Shown one piece after another: positions 27,797 to 42,794 of a stretch of DNA of 64,000 bases. The stretch covers positions 62,001-126,000 of the forward strand of contig CM022674.1 in assembly GCA_012295275.1 (NCBI GenBank), read 5' to 3'. This DNA is from Chrysomallon squamiferum. Taxonomy: Eukaryota > Animalia > Mollusca. The notes beneath the pieces are model-generated. The model worked only from the letters and a program-made list of their open reading frames with translations, did not search any database and had not been told where the DNA came from. A program made the position numbers and the translations under genes. The number at the start of each line of letters is the position of its first letter. Position 1 is the stretch's first letter.

Positions 27797-30497
27797 GTTA
27801 TTTTTTAATATTATACTTCAAATACACTGGAATTATTTTATTTTAAAACAAATATTTAAATATTATTTTCCAGCTGTTGGTGTAACTTTCATTTGTTTTC
27901 TTTTGTGTGCATATTTCTGTACTTATATTCAGTTTTTGAGTGTTAAGGATCCACAAACATACTCAGTTTTCTGAAACATCAAAAACATGTTTTTGTTCTT
28001 TAGAAATTGTGTTTTGAATATCTGTGATATTTGTGTACAAAGTAATATGTTTTTGATGGATTCCATGCCATGTGCTAATGGATGAAACTTCCTTTCAAAG
28101 GCTACTTCATCAAGGTGATTTATCTGACTTCTAATTGTTTTGGTGCATTATTATTATTTTTTACCCTGTACTTGAGACAGTGGCAGTATTTTAGAGAAGA
28201 GGAATCTGCAGCATCTGTTCAAGTGCTGGGGTTAGACAGGGAGACATGTTAGAGCTGCTTCTTTACTGCAGAAATGTGCATCATTTGTGGCAGGTTTATT
28301 TTCCTGCACTCTCAACCTCAGTCATGTTTTGAAAAATAATTGGACAAGTTAGCAGAGACAGATGTTGTTTAAAAACTAATATATTTACCACTGAACACAG
28401 CTTGTTACTAATTGTGTTCCTGTTTTAAAGATGAGTTGATTTTTGTTTGGTGAAATCAATTCAGAAGAACAAGAATGAGAATCTAAACTCTGATACTCTG
28501 CCTGTTTGTCTGTTACTCCCCTTCCTTGCTCTCCTTATCCTATTCCTTCATTTCCAGCTCTGCAAATCTTCACCCCTCCCTATTCCCTTCCCACCCATTC
28601 CTTGTTTTACCTGTGTTTACATTATTTTCTCTTTGATACCATTTTTTCATTCTGTTACTCTTCAGTATTTTTCTTCTCTCTGCCTCTATACTCTGTCTCT
28701 GAATCTTTCTGTTACTGATTCTTTTTGCTTTATCTTCTGTATTATTCAGTCTATAAATGTCTGTTAGCCTATACACAACTTTTACAAATAACATAAGAAA
28801 ATGTTAAAGAAATCCACTTAGATATATTTGTCTACATAACAGTATTAACAGATAGCAAACTATGTGGTCATGATGTGTCGGTATATAAGATATATTGTTT
28901 CTATGTATACCAGTAACAGCTGTTATCAAGAAACAGACTAACAGGTCTGTACAGCAGGCTTTTCCTGATTTAGTATTGGTTATGTTAATACAAGCTAGAC
29001 CTTTAATATTGATTAATACTTGCTTCTGGCACTGTCTGCCACAGAAAGGTCAAGGTTGGTGTGTGTCAGTTTTATTGAAACAAATTGATCTTTTGTCGCT
29101 TTTTATTATGGGAGGCAGTATCATTTATAAGTAATAGTTGTGATTCTTTTTGTCCATGTGTCTGTTTTATTGAAATGAATTAATATTTTGTGAAGTGGTT
29201 TTTTGTAAAATGAGGTAGGAAGGAAATGACTAAAATTTATATTTTAAAAATAAATTAAGTTAAGTGCAATTGTGTTTTATTGAAACAGTATTTTAAGAAA
29301 CAATTGCAAATTAATGTGCAGTTTCTGTGGAGTTGAACTGGTTTCCTGTTGACAACACTGTTAATTTTACTAATAGCTTCTCTTGAATGCACTAATATCA
29401 TGCTGGTGCTATTTTTAATTTATTATTATAATTATTATTTTTATTTTTTTAGTTCATTGGTGCATAGGGTTGATAGGTTTCTGTAAGAACAAAATTTGGG
29501 TATAAATAATTTTTATTAACAAGATGAACTAATAATGCAGAACGTTAGATGATCATTAAGCATTTGCATGCATTATTCAACTCTTAAGTATATAAACACA
29601 TTAGCATGCTCTCTCATCTCACTCACACACACACATACAACTTAATGTGCAGATATAATTTTCAGTGTGTAGGTGTATCATAACTACTTGATTTGTTTTT
29701 ATCTGCTGTACTGTGTGTCAGTATATATTTATATAGTAAGATTAGTAATATTAAATTCATTTCCTAGCATTTTCTGTGTAACTTAATCTTCTATACACCT
29801 CATGAAAGCAATCAAATATTTATTTCGTAAGGATTAGTTTGCTAGATAATCCTCTTCTGACCAATTTAGCTAGAATTACATTTCATGTTAAATAGTTTAT
29901 TTTCTGCTTGTGTGAAATAATCAGAGTAGTGAATAAAACAGCTATAAATAAGAATCTGAAACTATGAAAATATTTTTGAATAGAGAAAAAAAAGACATAA
30001 TGCTTCACGGTTGTGTGTATTCGTTGTTATATCGTCGGTGAAGGCTATTAAAACAGGCTAGGTGAAAAACTATGTCTGGGATGTGTGGGAACAGAAAGAA
30101 ACTACTTGCTTTACTGAACTGTAGTAATATGTCATTGTGTTAATGGGAAACAAGTATGTATATGGGCGAGCTTGACAGTATTCCATCATTTACCAAAGTT
30201 TGTGGTGTGTGTGTGCTTACCTGTATACAGGAACAACATTTATAAAGCACAGTATGTTATTTCTGTGGGTTTCTTATCTTCTAGTCTATAATTACTGGTC
30301 TGTTCTAGAATAGAAATATGTCAAATATGTTGTTAAATAAAATATTAATATCCTTCCATTATATAGTAAGCTTAATTATATTAAAGGTAAATTGCAAAGG
30401 TACATGATAATAAAAGTAAAAAAAAAAAATAAAAAATAAAAACTGCTAACAGGATTTTTTGTGAAATATTTCATATTTTTTATTTGAAATCTTTCAG

Positions 30498-30733
30498 AAA
30501 GTGAACCAGTTGCCATGACAACACGTGACCTGCAGGACTTCCTGCAGGAAGCCCAGTTGGAACACTACAGCAACGCACTGAAGAATGAACTCAAAGTCAC
30601 GTGCGTCGACCACCTCAAGTACGTGAAGGAGGAGGACCTCGAGCACATCGGCATGGCCCGCCCAGAGATGAGACGTTTGAGGAAGTACTACAAGAAAGAA
30701 TGTCCTTCTGGAACATTCGACAAGCTTCGCAAA
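30498..30733 (+). CDS. Ack-like: Ack-like exon: SAM domain (in-frame ATG at 30515)
   Basis: Acceptor ttcag|30498, donor AAA|GTAAGT at 30734; LQDFLQEAQLEHY...LKYVKEEDLEHIGMARPEMRRL is the typical ACK N-terminal SAM. Confidence 0.93.
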
Positions 30734-31039
30734 GTAAGTCATTTATTCATCTACTGAAGTACTACAAGAAAGAATGTCCTTCTGGAACATTCGACAAGCT
30801 TCGCAAAGTAAGTCATTTATTCATCTACTGAAGTACTACAAGAAAGAATGTCCTTCTGGAACATTCGACAAGCTTCACAAAGTAAGTCATTTATTCATCT
30901 ACTGAAGTACTACAAGAAAGAATGTCCTTCTGGAACATTCGACAAGCTTCGCAAAGTAAGTCATTTATTCATTTATTCATCCTTCTGGAACATTCGACAA
31001 GCTTCGCAAAGTAAGTCATTTATTCATCTACTGAAGTAC
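30682..31039 (+). repeat. 74-bp tandem array duplicating the SAM exon 3' end and its splice donor
   Basis: AAA|GTAAGT donors at 30734, 30808, 30882, 30956 and 31011 (last unit truncated); copies nearly identical. Confidence 0.95.
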
Positions 31040-34000
31040 AAAGAAAGCACAAAAGTTCTAATAATCATAAACTAAGATGGTGACCAGAGTTAAAACCATG
31101 AAGATCAGAGATGCAAGAGATGTCTTCTTCCATGGAGAACTAGGAAGGCTTTTAGTTTGTGATTTCAATTTGTTTTTCATCTTGCTTAATGTGAAGTACA
31201 GCAGATATTTTGCTTCTTTGATTGAAATACACTGACCAGTATAATTTGCAATTTGTTTTGTTTGGAGCTTAATTTTTAATGGAAGAGTTTATATTTTATA
31301 CCTTAATTTTTTTTTTTTATCTTTTGAAAATGCAGTGAACCATACTAAGAAATCACTGAGAAAACTGTGTAGAATAAATTTACATACATCTGTTTCTATC
31401 TTTGTTTCTAACACTCTTTTTAACACTCTTTTTGTATTATACTGTGTGTGTGTGTGTGTATGTGTGTGTTGTGCCTATGATGTGTCTCTCTGTCTCTATA
31501 TTTTGACCAGTCTATCAATGTCTTTGTGTTTCCCCTTCCTATTCTCTTTCTATCTCTGACTGTTAGCACATTTTATACTATATGATTAATGAACTGAGGC
31601 AGCAAATAATTAGTTGGAATACTTTTTACTGGCATTCAGACATTAACTCTGTTGATCTTCTGTTAAGAAAACGTTAGGCAATTCCCATGATTGTTTTCTC
31701 TACATCTTTTAAAATGCCTCTAAAGTCATCATAATAAATAAATATTCTAACAATTGATTCCTGTTCTAGGAGTTTCTTTATATCAGATTGCAAAGCATTT
31801 TAGCAAAAGAAGAAAATGTCAAGGGGAAATATAAGAATGAAGAATGCCACAAAAAAGTGTAAATGTATAAAACAAAAAGAAGAAAAGAAAAGTGAATATG
31901 CCCTAGAAAGTTTTGCAAAGTTCTGTAGAGTTCTTGCAAGCAATGGAAAATAGTTCCCTAGAGCAGAAAAGTGTTGTCAGACAAGAATCCTATGAAAGCC
32001 ACCCAGTTTATTGTCTTTAACTTGAGTTTGTGTGAGACAGCATTTTCCATTAGTTTGTCTCTTTGTTAAATATCTTGTATCAGTATGATTTACAGAAACA
32101 AATAAATTGTCAGTTTTCTTTTTATTTTAGTTTGGTTATCTACATTTCCTTTTATTAACTTGTCTATTTCTTTTGATTCTTTTTTTTTTTCTTTTCTTTT
32201 TTCGTGATGTGTTCTTTTCTTCTTTTTTTTTCTTTTCTTTTTTATATAGATTATTGGTGTGTATGAAAGGATATGAAATTTTATTTGTTACAAATATCAA
32301 ATGTTTTCTTTACTATTAAGTGTATATTTTTTCCTAATTATTTTGGATAATTTCTGTTTAAACATTTTATTTCAATGTTTGTTGTTTGTTGTTTGTTGGT
32401 TTTTTTTGTCACCAGATTAATTATCTGATCACAAAACTGCTTTGTAAACTCCTTAAAGATTTAAATAACAAAATTATTTTATATTTTCTAAATGACATAC
32501 ATTTTTCATCTTCATTACTATACATGTAAATTGGGTTACAAATGCATTTATCAATGTAGATATTCAAGCTATATTATTTGTATTATTATTGTTGTTGGTA
32601 TTTAATTAATATTGTTATTAAAAAGCCCTGAGATTTTCAGTTCCATTTTCTCTCAGACATATTTTACAGCTGGGTTCTGTGGGATATCTAAATGAAGCAG
32701 TTGTGATATTAGGAAAGTGGGACATTAAGAATTGATAGATTACAAGCTAATACTGATTCAACTAATAACTCCGGACTGATGTGACTCAACACCTGCAAGT
32801 CAGACTGTTTGTGTGTTCAAAAAACTACTACAGCAACAACTTGTTTCTTTTCCACAACATGACTGACTTGTTAACACATAAGGACTCTGATAATCAGTCA
32901 GTCTGTTAAGAAAGTTTTCCTATCTCACTGATGTTTTAATTTGACTGAATCCATCATGGTCACTTTCTGCTTTGACCGCAGGTCACTGGCTGTCCTTTAG
33001 ACAGTTCATTTCTTTTCAACTAGTGGTCATTGTCTGGTCATCAGTCTGGGATCCATCAATCTTGTGATCACAACATTTGTTACTGAATCTCATTTGTTTT
33101 TGTTTTTTTTTTTTTTTTTTTCTCTTTTTTTCTGATCAGACAACAGTGTCAGAAACTTAACAATGCAGTCCAGTGACAATAATCCTATTACTATATCACA
33201 TATCAAGCTTGAAAAGATCAAATTGAAATATGTTCTACTTACAGTAAGTTATTGATTTCAATTTGGACACATTTACACAAATCCAATCAGCTTTCTACTT
33301 TTTCTTTTATCCCATATTTTAATATATTAATTTAATATTATTATTTCTTATTTACAATATATATATATATATATGTATGTCATGTTATTCTTCTTAGCTG
33401 TTACCAGCATATATTAAAAACAAATAATGTAGTTATGTTGGATATTTTTCTGTTTTACTGTCTTGATGCTTGATAACTACATTATTACATTCTGTGTGTC
33501 AGAATTCTGCTGATACAACTGAACAGAAGGCTAATGATGCTATCATATCAACCAGGAACCTTTACGTATTTGAAAAAAAAATTGATTTCAGAATACTGAA
33601 GGACATTATTACACTAAACTGGCTTGATTCTATTCTTTTTTCTTTTCTTTTTTTTTAAATAAAAAGCTAAAATACCTTTTAACAAGATTTAATTTCTGAA
33701 ATACAGAAAAGATACCATTCAAAGTGACCTGGTTGTTTTCATTTTTGGCTAACACATTTGAGAAGTATGCCAGTTTGTGACACATTTGGTTGTTTCCATT
33801 ATTGATTTTCTTAAATTAGAACTGTTGTTGGTTTTGTCTTGTTAATTACATCATGCAGTTAAAACTTAAATTCAGTGTGCACAGAAATTAGATCAAGTAT
33901 TTTAGGCATGATGTTGTCAGAAGCATCTATATAGGATTTGGAGGAGATTAACAAATTGTATGTTTACAACATAAAGATATATATAGTTGAATACACATTT

Positions 34001-34837
34001 ATTTATCTGTAAGAGAGTTTATAATTTTAAGGTGTTATTAATTGCTTTAAATATTTTTTTTATTTTTTTTTTTTATTTTTTTTTTTTATAAATATGTAAA
34101 ATAATAATTAAAACTAAATAACCAAAATAACGAGGAAAGTTACAGTGGTTGAAGTAAACAAATATGTCAATAAATAAACGATTGGATGAAAATAAGGGAG
34201 TCATGAGGGAAAAATATATATATATAAATAATAATAAAAAATATATATAAAAATACAACTATCCAAAATCTCTTCTCCACAAAAATGAAGTTAATTATAT
34301 ATATATATTATGTTTCAAAAAGAACAACATTTCACATTTAATTTGAAGAAAATAGTTAAAATAGCTTAATAATTGCAAATTTATGTTTTCCTGCCATTTG
34401 TTTCCCCTCCATGACTCTCGTCATTGTTGAGGTTTCAAATGAAAACATTTTTAAAAAGAATTTCTCATGTCCCTAACAAGACAGAGAGTCTGTGAGAAAG
34501 CTGTTGTTGTTGTGAATGACTTAGCACAGCCGTTGACAAAATGACAACATGCTCTGTTGTTGACCAGCAAATGTTGGGTTTTGAGAAATTGACAGGATTT
34601 TCTTTTGGAAATATTTGCCTGTCATCTTGTGCCTGACACCAGACATGTTCTGCAGAGGGAGGAGGTCACAACAGCCATTTTGTTACATTTCAAAATATTT
34701 CTTTCTTTCTTTGTTTTTAATGGTAATATTTGAAGTTATTTAATTATTTAAGTTTTGTTGTCATTTGTTCAATTTTTTTAGTTAAATAATAAGTTAAGGA
34801 AGAATTTTAGAGAGATAATTTATAGTCAGACAGAAGA

Positions 34838-34839
34838 GT

Positions 34840-34914
<75 letters not shown>
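34838..34914. repeat. (GT)n(GA)n microsatellite
   Basis: Directly visible. Confidence 0.95.
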
Positions 34915-34916
<2 letters not shown>

Positions 34917-35580
34917 ATTTCACCACAGGTTTTCATTTTTAATTTAGAACTGGTATTTTATTATTATATTATTCTTTTTATTTTTTCTCTTCTTTCAGTT
35001 ATATTTCACTTATGCTGAATAAAATTCTTTTACTAGTCAATTTTATTCACGAAAGTGCATTTTTTAAGCTCTTTAATTATCCATATTTATTTATCTAAAA
35101 CAACACACACACACACACACACAACACACACACACTGTATTTCTTTTTATATTTTAAACTCTGGCTTACAGTGTCTGTTAAACTCATTTATCTGCTACTT
35201 GTAGTCAGCATATACCATCTAATATTACACTCCTATCATATATATCTATGCATTACATACCAGCTTACTCACAATGACCTCATACTGGTTTTTCAAAATG
35301 AACATCTGCCTGGTTAAAGCAGCCAGTCTTATAGAATATTTATTTACTCAGGGGAACCAAATCATTACAAAATAAACTTTTTTTTATTTTTTCACTCCAC
35401 AATATTGGATTTCAGAGAAAATAGAATGCAGCATCTGGCAAGTACTCGCAACTGTTGTGAAAACCTTTTTTCTTAAAATTTCAATATCTCTTTGTGTTGT
35501 CAAATTGTATTACGTTTTACATTCCCAGTGTGTTAGAAAGACCAGAATAACTTAACTGCAGGGTCTATTTTTACACATTT

Positions 35581-35612
<32 letters not shown>

Positions 35613-37394
35613 TGAGCAAGTAGAAAAAGTATATACTTTAATTATGAATTTATTTCATTAACAAAATAATTTCCTTTTGAGCCTTAATTGATAGGTTGTT
35701 TTTTTATAGTCATATGCATATACCAGTTTATGCTAGTTTGAGCAGTGTAATTTTAAATTTCAAAATGTGGAAAAATAAACTGATGAGAAAAAAATACTGA
35801 CACACACTGCAGCACTTTCAGATAAATTCAATGACTCAGTCTTACTAGAACTGTTTTATTACTCAAAAAAACAACAACAAAATTATAACTGCTGAAAATG
35901 AAAAGGGCATATATATTATTTATAATGAGGTGTGAAAATACTGCATGTCAGTAAGTGGTCTGTAAGTCACTTTTATCTTGAGAATATTAATTAACTGTTA
36001 TAGTAATGTGTGGCCTGAAACTGCTCACCAGTAACTTATCTAATAATTTTATAAAAAAAAATAGTGCTAAATTTATTTAATAGCAAACATGGAAAATCAA
36101 CTAGATAAAAATATTGATTAGTATTACAGAGGTCACAGAATGAAGTTACAACTAACTTCGAAATGAACGTTTTGACAGGCAGCTGTTCATTTTGAAATTT
36201 GAATAATTTTGTGTGTTCAGATTTTGATAAGAGTTGATGTTGAAATTACATGCATTTATCATTGACAGTTCTCACACAATTATCCCATACCCAGCAGCTC
36301 ACTGTTTCTTGATGTTATGAATAACTGAAATGCATATAACATGAAGTCAACTGTTATTACAGAAAGGTTGTTAGGTTATTTGAATACACACATACATACA
36401 GTCCAACGTTTTCCTATTATCAGGAATATAAACATCTGTACATTTGTAAAAATAAAGTTTTACATTCTTTGAATTTCTTAATCTTCCATTTTATATGCTT
36501 GCCTGTTTATAATGTGTATATATATAACTTTGAATATTTGAAAAAAGAAAACAAAAGAATTTAAAAAGAATTAATATTATTAATTTATCATTATTTTTAT
36601 TTTTTTTGATGTTTATGTACATTTTAGCTTTTACATTTTGTCATATAGAGAAATATGTGAAGTAGTATCTGTTTAATTATTTTTCCACCTTGATAAATAT
36701 TTTAAATAAAGTTAGGGGACAAAAATAATTTTAGAAAACTAATAAGACTAATGAAGAAATAAACAACTATTTTAGTTTCATAATCAATTTACCTTGAGTT
36801 TCTTTCATAAATCACAAATTAAATTTTACATAAGAAAAAAATGCCAGGAAATAAATATAACAATAATAATATTTAAATTTCAATGTATTGCTATCTTGAC
36901 AAATTGTGTGTGTATGTGATCAATTATTTTTGTGTGTGTGTGTGTGTGTTTGTATATGTTTGTGTGTGAATGTTCTGAGATGTGTTGTTATCATTTGTGT
37001 GTGTGTGTGTGTGTCTAATTAGAAAATCTTTACTTCCTTATTAGTGATGTTTGTGAGTTTTCACACTGTTTTGTTTTTCAGTGTTTGTTGTTTGGTGCAG
37101 AGTGACACGCACTGTCTACAGTTTGTTTTCAGTGCTCTGTGTTTCAACATCAAGAATTTTTCTCTTTTTGTTTCATTTAGAAAAAGCATTTTTGAATAAA
37201 CGTGCCACTTGGACCTGTAGCTTGGTTTGAAATATTTCCTCCACTACTTTGTAAATTGCTCTAGTTTCAAACACATGTAATCAGCTACACAGAATGGTGA
37301 TGACTAATACAACATACACTGCTTCCTTCTGGCGTAGTACACTGTGTGATATCTCACTGACCTGGCTGTGACATCGGCAAAGCAGCTACAGCAG

Positions 37395-37402
37395 TGACGT
37401 CA
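37395..37402. promoter_or_regulatory. Perfect CRE palindrome TGACGTCA
   Basis: Exact match within a locally GC-richer segment about 180 bp upstream of candidate exon 37583. Confidence 0.45.
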
Positions 37403-37582
37403 GGGTGGTTAGGATAGGTCCCTGTCTCACCTGACAAAAACAGCTACTACCACAGTGTTGATGTTTTCCCCATTGTTATGTTAGACTGGCAGAAGGTGAT
37501 ACTGGACATTATATTAAGTGAAGCCTGAAGCAGAAAACAACTGTGGAGATATGAACTAATTCAAACAGCACTGGATACAGAG

Positions 37583-37600
37583 ATGAATTTCTTAAAACGG
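37583..37600 (+). CDS. Ack-like: Candidate alternative first coding exon (MNFLKR), phase 0, SAM-less isoform
   Basis: gagATG, 6 codons, donor CGG|GTTAGT at 37601; phase 0 matches the acceptor at 46193. Confidence 0.5.
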
Positions 37601-39129
37601 GTTAGTGGAGCAGTCTGTATTTTTCCTGTTTGATATCACTGTGTATTTAATGTCTAGTTATCACTGTGTATTTGATATTAATTGTATAAAGAGTTGTGCG
37701 TTCTTTTTTCAGTGGTTGTCGTTTTCAATTATTTTTTGTCTGTTGTGAGGCTCTGTATCATTAGACCACTGACTTGTTTTACAGCTGTGTTTATTTCTCT
37801 GTGTTTAAGTCAATGATAATTAGTCCACCATACACACAAAACATGTCACATATCTGACCCTAGTCTTTGTTTGACTTAGCATGGTGTCCTGCTTTCACCC
37901 AGCATGTCATGTTGTTTTCCTCAGGAGTTGTTTTTGCAGTGGGAATGGGTTGGTTTGTTAGAGTCCTACTGTTGACTGTCACTTAAGAAACTTTAAGGAG
38001 ATGATGATTTATTATTTAGGGGTTTCTTTACTTTGTAGGGGATTTCTGGAAGAGAAGAAATGTATGTGTAGACAAAACTGTTTTGTTGTTAAAACTTTCT
38101 TCATCTTGATAGTGTGTTATGATTGTGATATTAATCTATTATGTATTTAACATTTTTCATTAACACTGTCAGTGTCATTAAGATAATACAGTTAAATACT
38201 TCTACTGTAAATTTTTCAAGAGTTATAATAACAGCTAAAAGAGATTACTTTTTATTATTTTTTTTTATAATTATTACTACAATTACTATTGTTTTTCAAC
38301 AGCAGGGAGGGGCAGATTTGGAGGATGGGGTGTAGAGATATGTGGGAGGGGTTTGTGGGATGCTTTTAATAGTCTGTTGTTCAGGACAATCCTAATGTAA
38401 CATTAAACTAAATAGGACAATCCTTACCAAATAAGCTATATTTTGATTACTTGGGTTCATGTTTTAAAATAGGTAGATTATTTCTTTTCTAGTTTTACAA
38501 AAGTTTTATAGAGTTAAAAAACAAAATCATATACATTTTTAAAGTTTTTCTTTCTGTAAGACAGAGATTTAAATATTTATTCTTAAAAGAGGTATTTTAT
38601 TTAATAATTATTTCTGTTTTCAGTATTATATAACCTGATTTGACATGCTAGATAGAACAAACACAACTATAAATTTATCTGGGCCATTATGAACTTGCAA
38701 GCAAGCATAAAGATAAGACACTTCTGATAGGTCTATGAGTCATCAGTTCTGTTTCACACACATACATATGTCCATATGTAGATATATATTTTAAATTTTT
38801 ACATACCTCACATATTTAGAACCTTTGTTATGAAAACATCTCATAAAAAGAGAAAGAAAGAAAGTATACCACCTGTTACTAAAAGCTGTTTCTAGTGAGT
38901 TAAGTAACATACTATTACCACAATTACTAAACATGTGTAAACAAAATGTACCCATGCAGAACAAATGAACAATGCTCTGTTTTGTAGAAATATTTTGGGT
39001 TTACAAAGTTTATAGATGTGTTTATGTTTGGAATTAGTGAAATGGGTGTTTGTGAAAAGGAAATAAAATGGTTTAATTTAAGGATTAAGTAATGCTTATT
39101 TGTGTTTATCAGATTCCATCAAGAATGAT

Positions 39130-39190
<61 letters not shown>
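39130..39190. repeat. (GT)n microsatellite
   Basis: Directly visible; similar tracts at about 41882-41924, 44697-44760, 45435-45480 and 53269-53431. Confidence 0.95.
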
Positions 39191-39192
<2 letters not shown>

Positions 39193-41879
39193 AAAAGATA
39201 TATAGGGAGAGAGAGAAACTAATATGTATATAGAGGAAGATATTTCTTGGTAGCAGTGTTTATATATAGAAAGTATGGTCTTGCCAGTGAATCAATCATT
39301 TCTAGCAGTATACATAATGCTTCTATCCTAAACAGCAGTTGCTTGTTAATTTAAAATATCATGGTATATTTCAAACATGGTGTTATTTTACTTTATTTGT
39401 ATAACAGCTGACTGGTTTCCATGCTTCAGTGAATCTTGTGGTAGTTTAATCATAAGGTTGTTTTAGGACTTATTTATAGAAAATATACTAAATACACTTT
39501 GAGTGTTGTATGTTTATAAACTTGATTGTCGTGTGTGTTATCCTGATAATGAGAAGTTGCTAAATCAGATTGAATTATATATTAAAAATTTACATTTTCT
39601 TTGTTCTGTAACTACTGTTAGTGCTATCACCATTTCACTAGGACTATAAGTGCTACTGCAGCTCTTAGTATTACTGTCACTATTACTAACTAATTAACAA
39701 ACTATTATGAACTAACTACTAACTACTAGTCCTACTGATTATACTAAACTGTCATTATAACTGTTACTACAACAAAAGTAAAAATAAATTAAAAAATATA
39801 GGGCTAGTTTGAATTACAAGTGTATTTTGATACTAGCTCATGAATGATTGGTTAGATTAGTTACATCACCATGGTAACCTTTTATCACCAGTGTTTGCAT
39901 TATAAAGGCTTCTGCTGTCCCAGCAAATTTCCATTTTTACAAACACATTCGGAAACATTTTGTGTCAGAGTTTGAAATTAATAGTGATATGTGTCATAAC
40001 ATAGGGAGCAAGAACTGAATATAATTGTTTAACGTGAACTAATATAAACTATATGCATAGACATAAATTAAAAACAAAGAACTGGAGTAAAATAATTAAT
40101 ATATAAATAATAATTAAAAAAAAATAGTAATAGTAATAAAAACAAAGAAAAAGGAAATACATTATTTATGCTTCATAAATTCACAGAATTTTGTTTTCTT
40201 TATTGGTTATCATAAATTATTAATTGCAAAATAGTTCTCAGTTATTTAAATGTGATGACACAAGTTTTAAACTAGCAGTCAGTACACTGCTTATTCATCA
40301 TGATATATTTGGGTGTTCCTGTTAGTTCATTCTATTTATGTCATCATATTTTCTTTCCAATTTAAGGGTAGGCACTAATAAAAGATCCTTCCTTTTAATG
40401 GATAATAATGACTCAAATCATGCATTTCCTCTTATCATGATAATACTGGAAGAATGTAAAACTTTATAAATGAATAGTACATCAACAAAGTTTGTGAATT
40501 TTCACCGATATGTGAATTTAGTTATGGTGTGAAAGAGGAAACAGAGACACTACACACCTCACAGACTACTCATCAAGGATCTTTAGTACACATCTTCAAG
40601 TAGACAGGAAAATCCAGCTTTGGAGGTCTTGTGGAACAGGAAATTGCTCATCGTAATGACTACCTTAACAAAATTATTGTTATTACTGATTTGAAAGAAA
40701 TAATTATCTTATTTCTGCATGTAAATTATTGTTTGATTTACAGATAATAATTCTATTATTATTATTAAATAAACCTTTCCACATTATTTATAAAGTGTGG
40801 TTGCACTAAGCAGAATTTTAAAAAAAATATTTTTTTGTTATTCTGAATATGAGGTATCCTAAATTATTTACATATCTGTGATTAAGACTTGCATGAAGTT
40901 GAGCTAAGCTGGTATAATTAAGGTAATTTTGGTAATTAACATTCCTCTGCAGTACAGCTTTAACCAGCAGACATAACACTGAGGAAATATAGTCCAAAAT
41001 AAATGTATTGTGTTATTTACATGTTTAATTACTTACATAAAAGTTTTAAAATTTTACTAAGTGATTTTGATGGTGTTTAACAATAATAATAAGTAAATAA
41101 TATGAGAGAAAAAAAAATGTATACAAGTAAATCCAAATTAATAATAAAAAGTAGATAAATAATAATTTAATGAAATATCTACCCAAATAAAAATAACTTT
41201 TTTATTTGTTTATGTATTTTTTTTTTTTTTTTTACCTTTTAATTATTATTAAAATTTTATATTTTAGAATAAAAAATGAAAAAGAAAAACAGCATAACAT
41301 AACACTGTTTTTCTTCATAGACCACTAGAAAATTATAGAAATTTCACACTGTGGTGATTCATGTAAACATTGATAACAATCTCCGTCTGTCTGTAGTGAC
41401 AGGCCTCAGTGTTGAGTAATTTCTCTCATAACATAGCACATAAGCTTTGTATCATAGACATGCCCAGAGTTTCAGGTGAATTGCAGTCATAGCTGTCAAA
41501 ACATGTTGAAAAATTATCAAAAAATACACAGCATTCAGCAGTTTCTGTTATGTAATTTGTACTCTTTTTGATCTGTTGAAAACATGCATTAAAAAAATTA
41601 CGTAAAACATTCAACGTTAAGAGCTTATTAAATTTGTGTCAGCTTAATTTACAGTTGAACACATGCATTAGGAAATTATTATTGAAATATCCTACTTGAA
41701 TGTGTAAAGATTATCATGGCAGTGAAGATACATACTAGTTGAAAACACATGTAAATAATACATTTTTGTGTAACATAAAACTTTTTAATGTTTTTTATCT
41801 AATGGAAAGAGGAATAGAATAATAAATATGTCTAGCATGCAAAGATATAATTCACAGTTACTTCTTGCCAAATGAAGGC

Positions 41880-41926
<47 letters not shown>

Positions 41927-42794
41927 ATTTATTGTATATCTATAGAAAAAAGTAACATAAAAAGATACCATTGATGGTGCCAGGTTATTACATTAAGAGA
42001 ATGATTTACAATATTTCCAAGCCAGTTAAAAAATATATAAAAAAAATATCAGAATATTTTCAGCTTAGATTATACTTGTTTATGTCTAATGTTTGCCAGT
42101 GTGTTAAAAACTTGTGTTTTCTATGTTATTAATGTGGCTTGTTAACAAAAATAAATGTTCAGTGACAACTCTTGAATTATTGTGTGTCAGATACTTGTGT
42201 CTGTCCCAGCTGAAGACAAATGTGTGCATTGATGCTTCTTGAGAACTGTCACTTAGTTGGTAACAGGTTTTAATATTTTAATTATCTGTTTAGATAGTCA
42301 CAACAGTATGTTTTGATATTATTTATTTATTTAGGTGGGTAAATACTAGTTAGCTTTAGTATGATCATTTATCTGTTTATATAGATAGATAGATTTAGGT
42401 AGATAGATAAATAGATTTTAATGTGTTATTTATCTCTTTAGATAGATAGATAAATAGGTTTAATATGTTGTTGAACTTAGTTTAAGTGAATTTGAACTCT
42501 TCAGTTTCTCTTTTTTCTTTTTGCGTATGTAAGTGTAAGGTGTGTGCTATTTTTATTTCATTCATCATTGTCTTTTGTTCTCTTATGATAAAAGATATAT
42601 TAGTTTCCTTTCCCCAAGTTATTTATGATTGTATTTGATCTGAACTGGAATCTTTTATGTATATGACAGTAATAAAAAAAAACTTTTTAAATTAGGAAAA
42701 TATCATTTTAAAAAACAAAAATTGATTTAAAATTTCAAAAGATTAACAGAGAAAAATTATCACTATGTTACTATTTGTTAGTCTGTTATTAATA

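Noticed and set aside
30682-31039. CRISPR-like appearance of the repeat arrays (also 42795-43161 and 63568-63771)
   Set aside because: Head-to-tail units without unique spacers, eukaryotic intron context, no cas genes.
30601-31075. ORFs repeating KYYKKECPSGTFDKLRK
   Set aside because: Frame-shifted by-products of the 74-bp array; no acceptors to make them separate exons.
38306-38359. G-rich stretch, possible G-quadruplex
   Set aside because: G-runs are separated by long irregular loops; weak.
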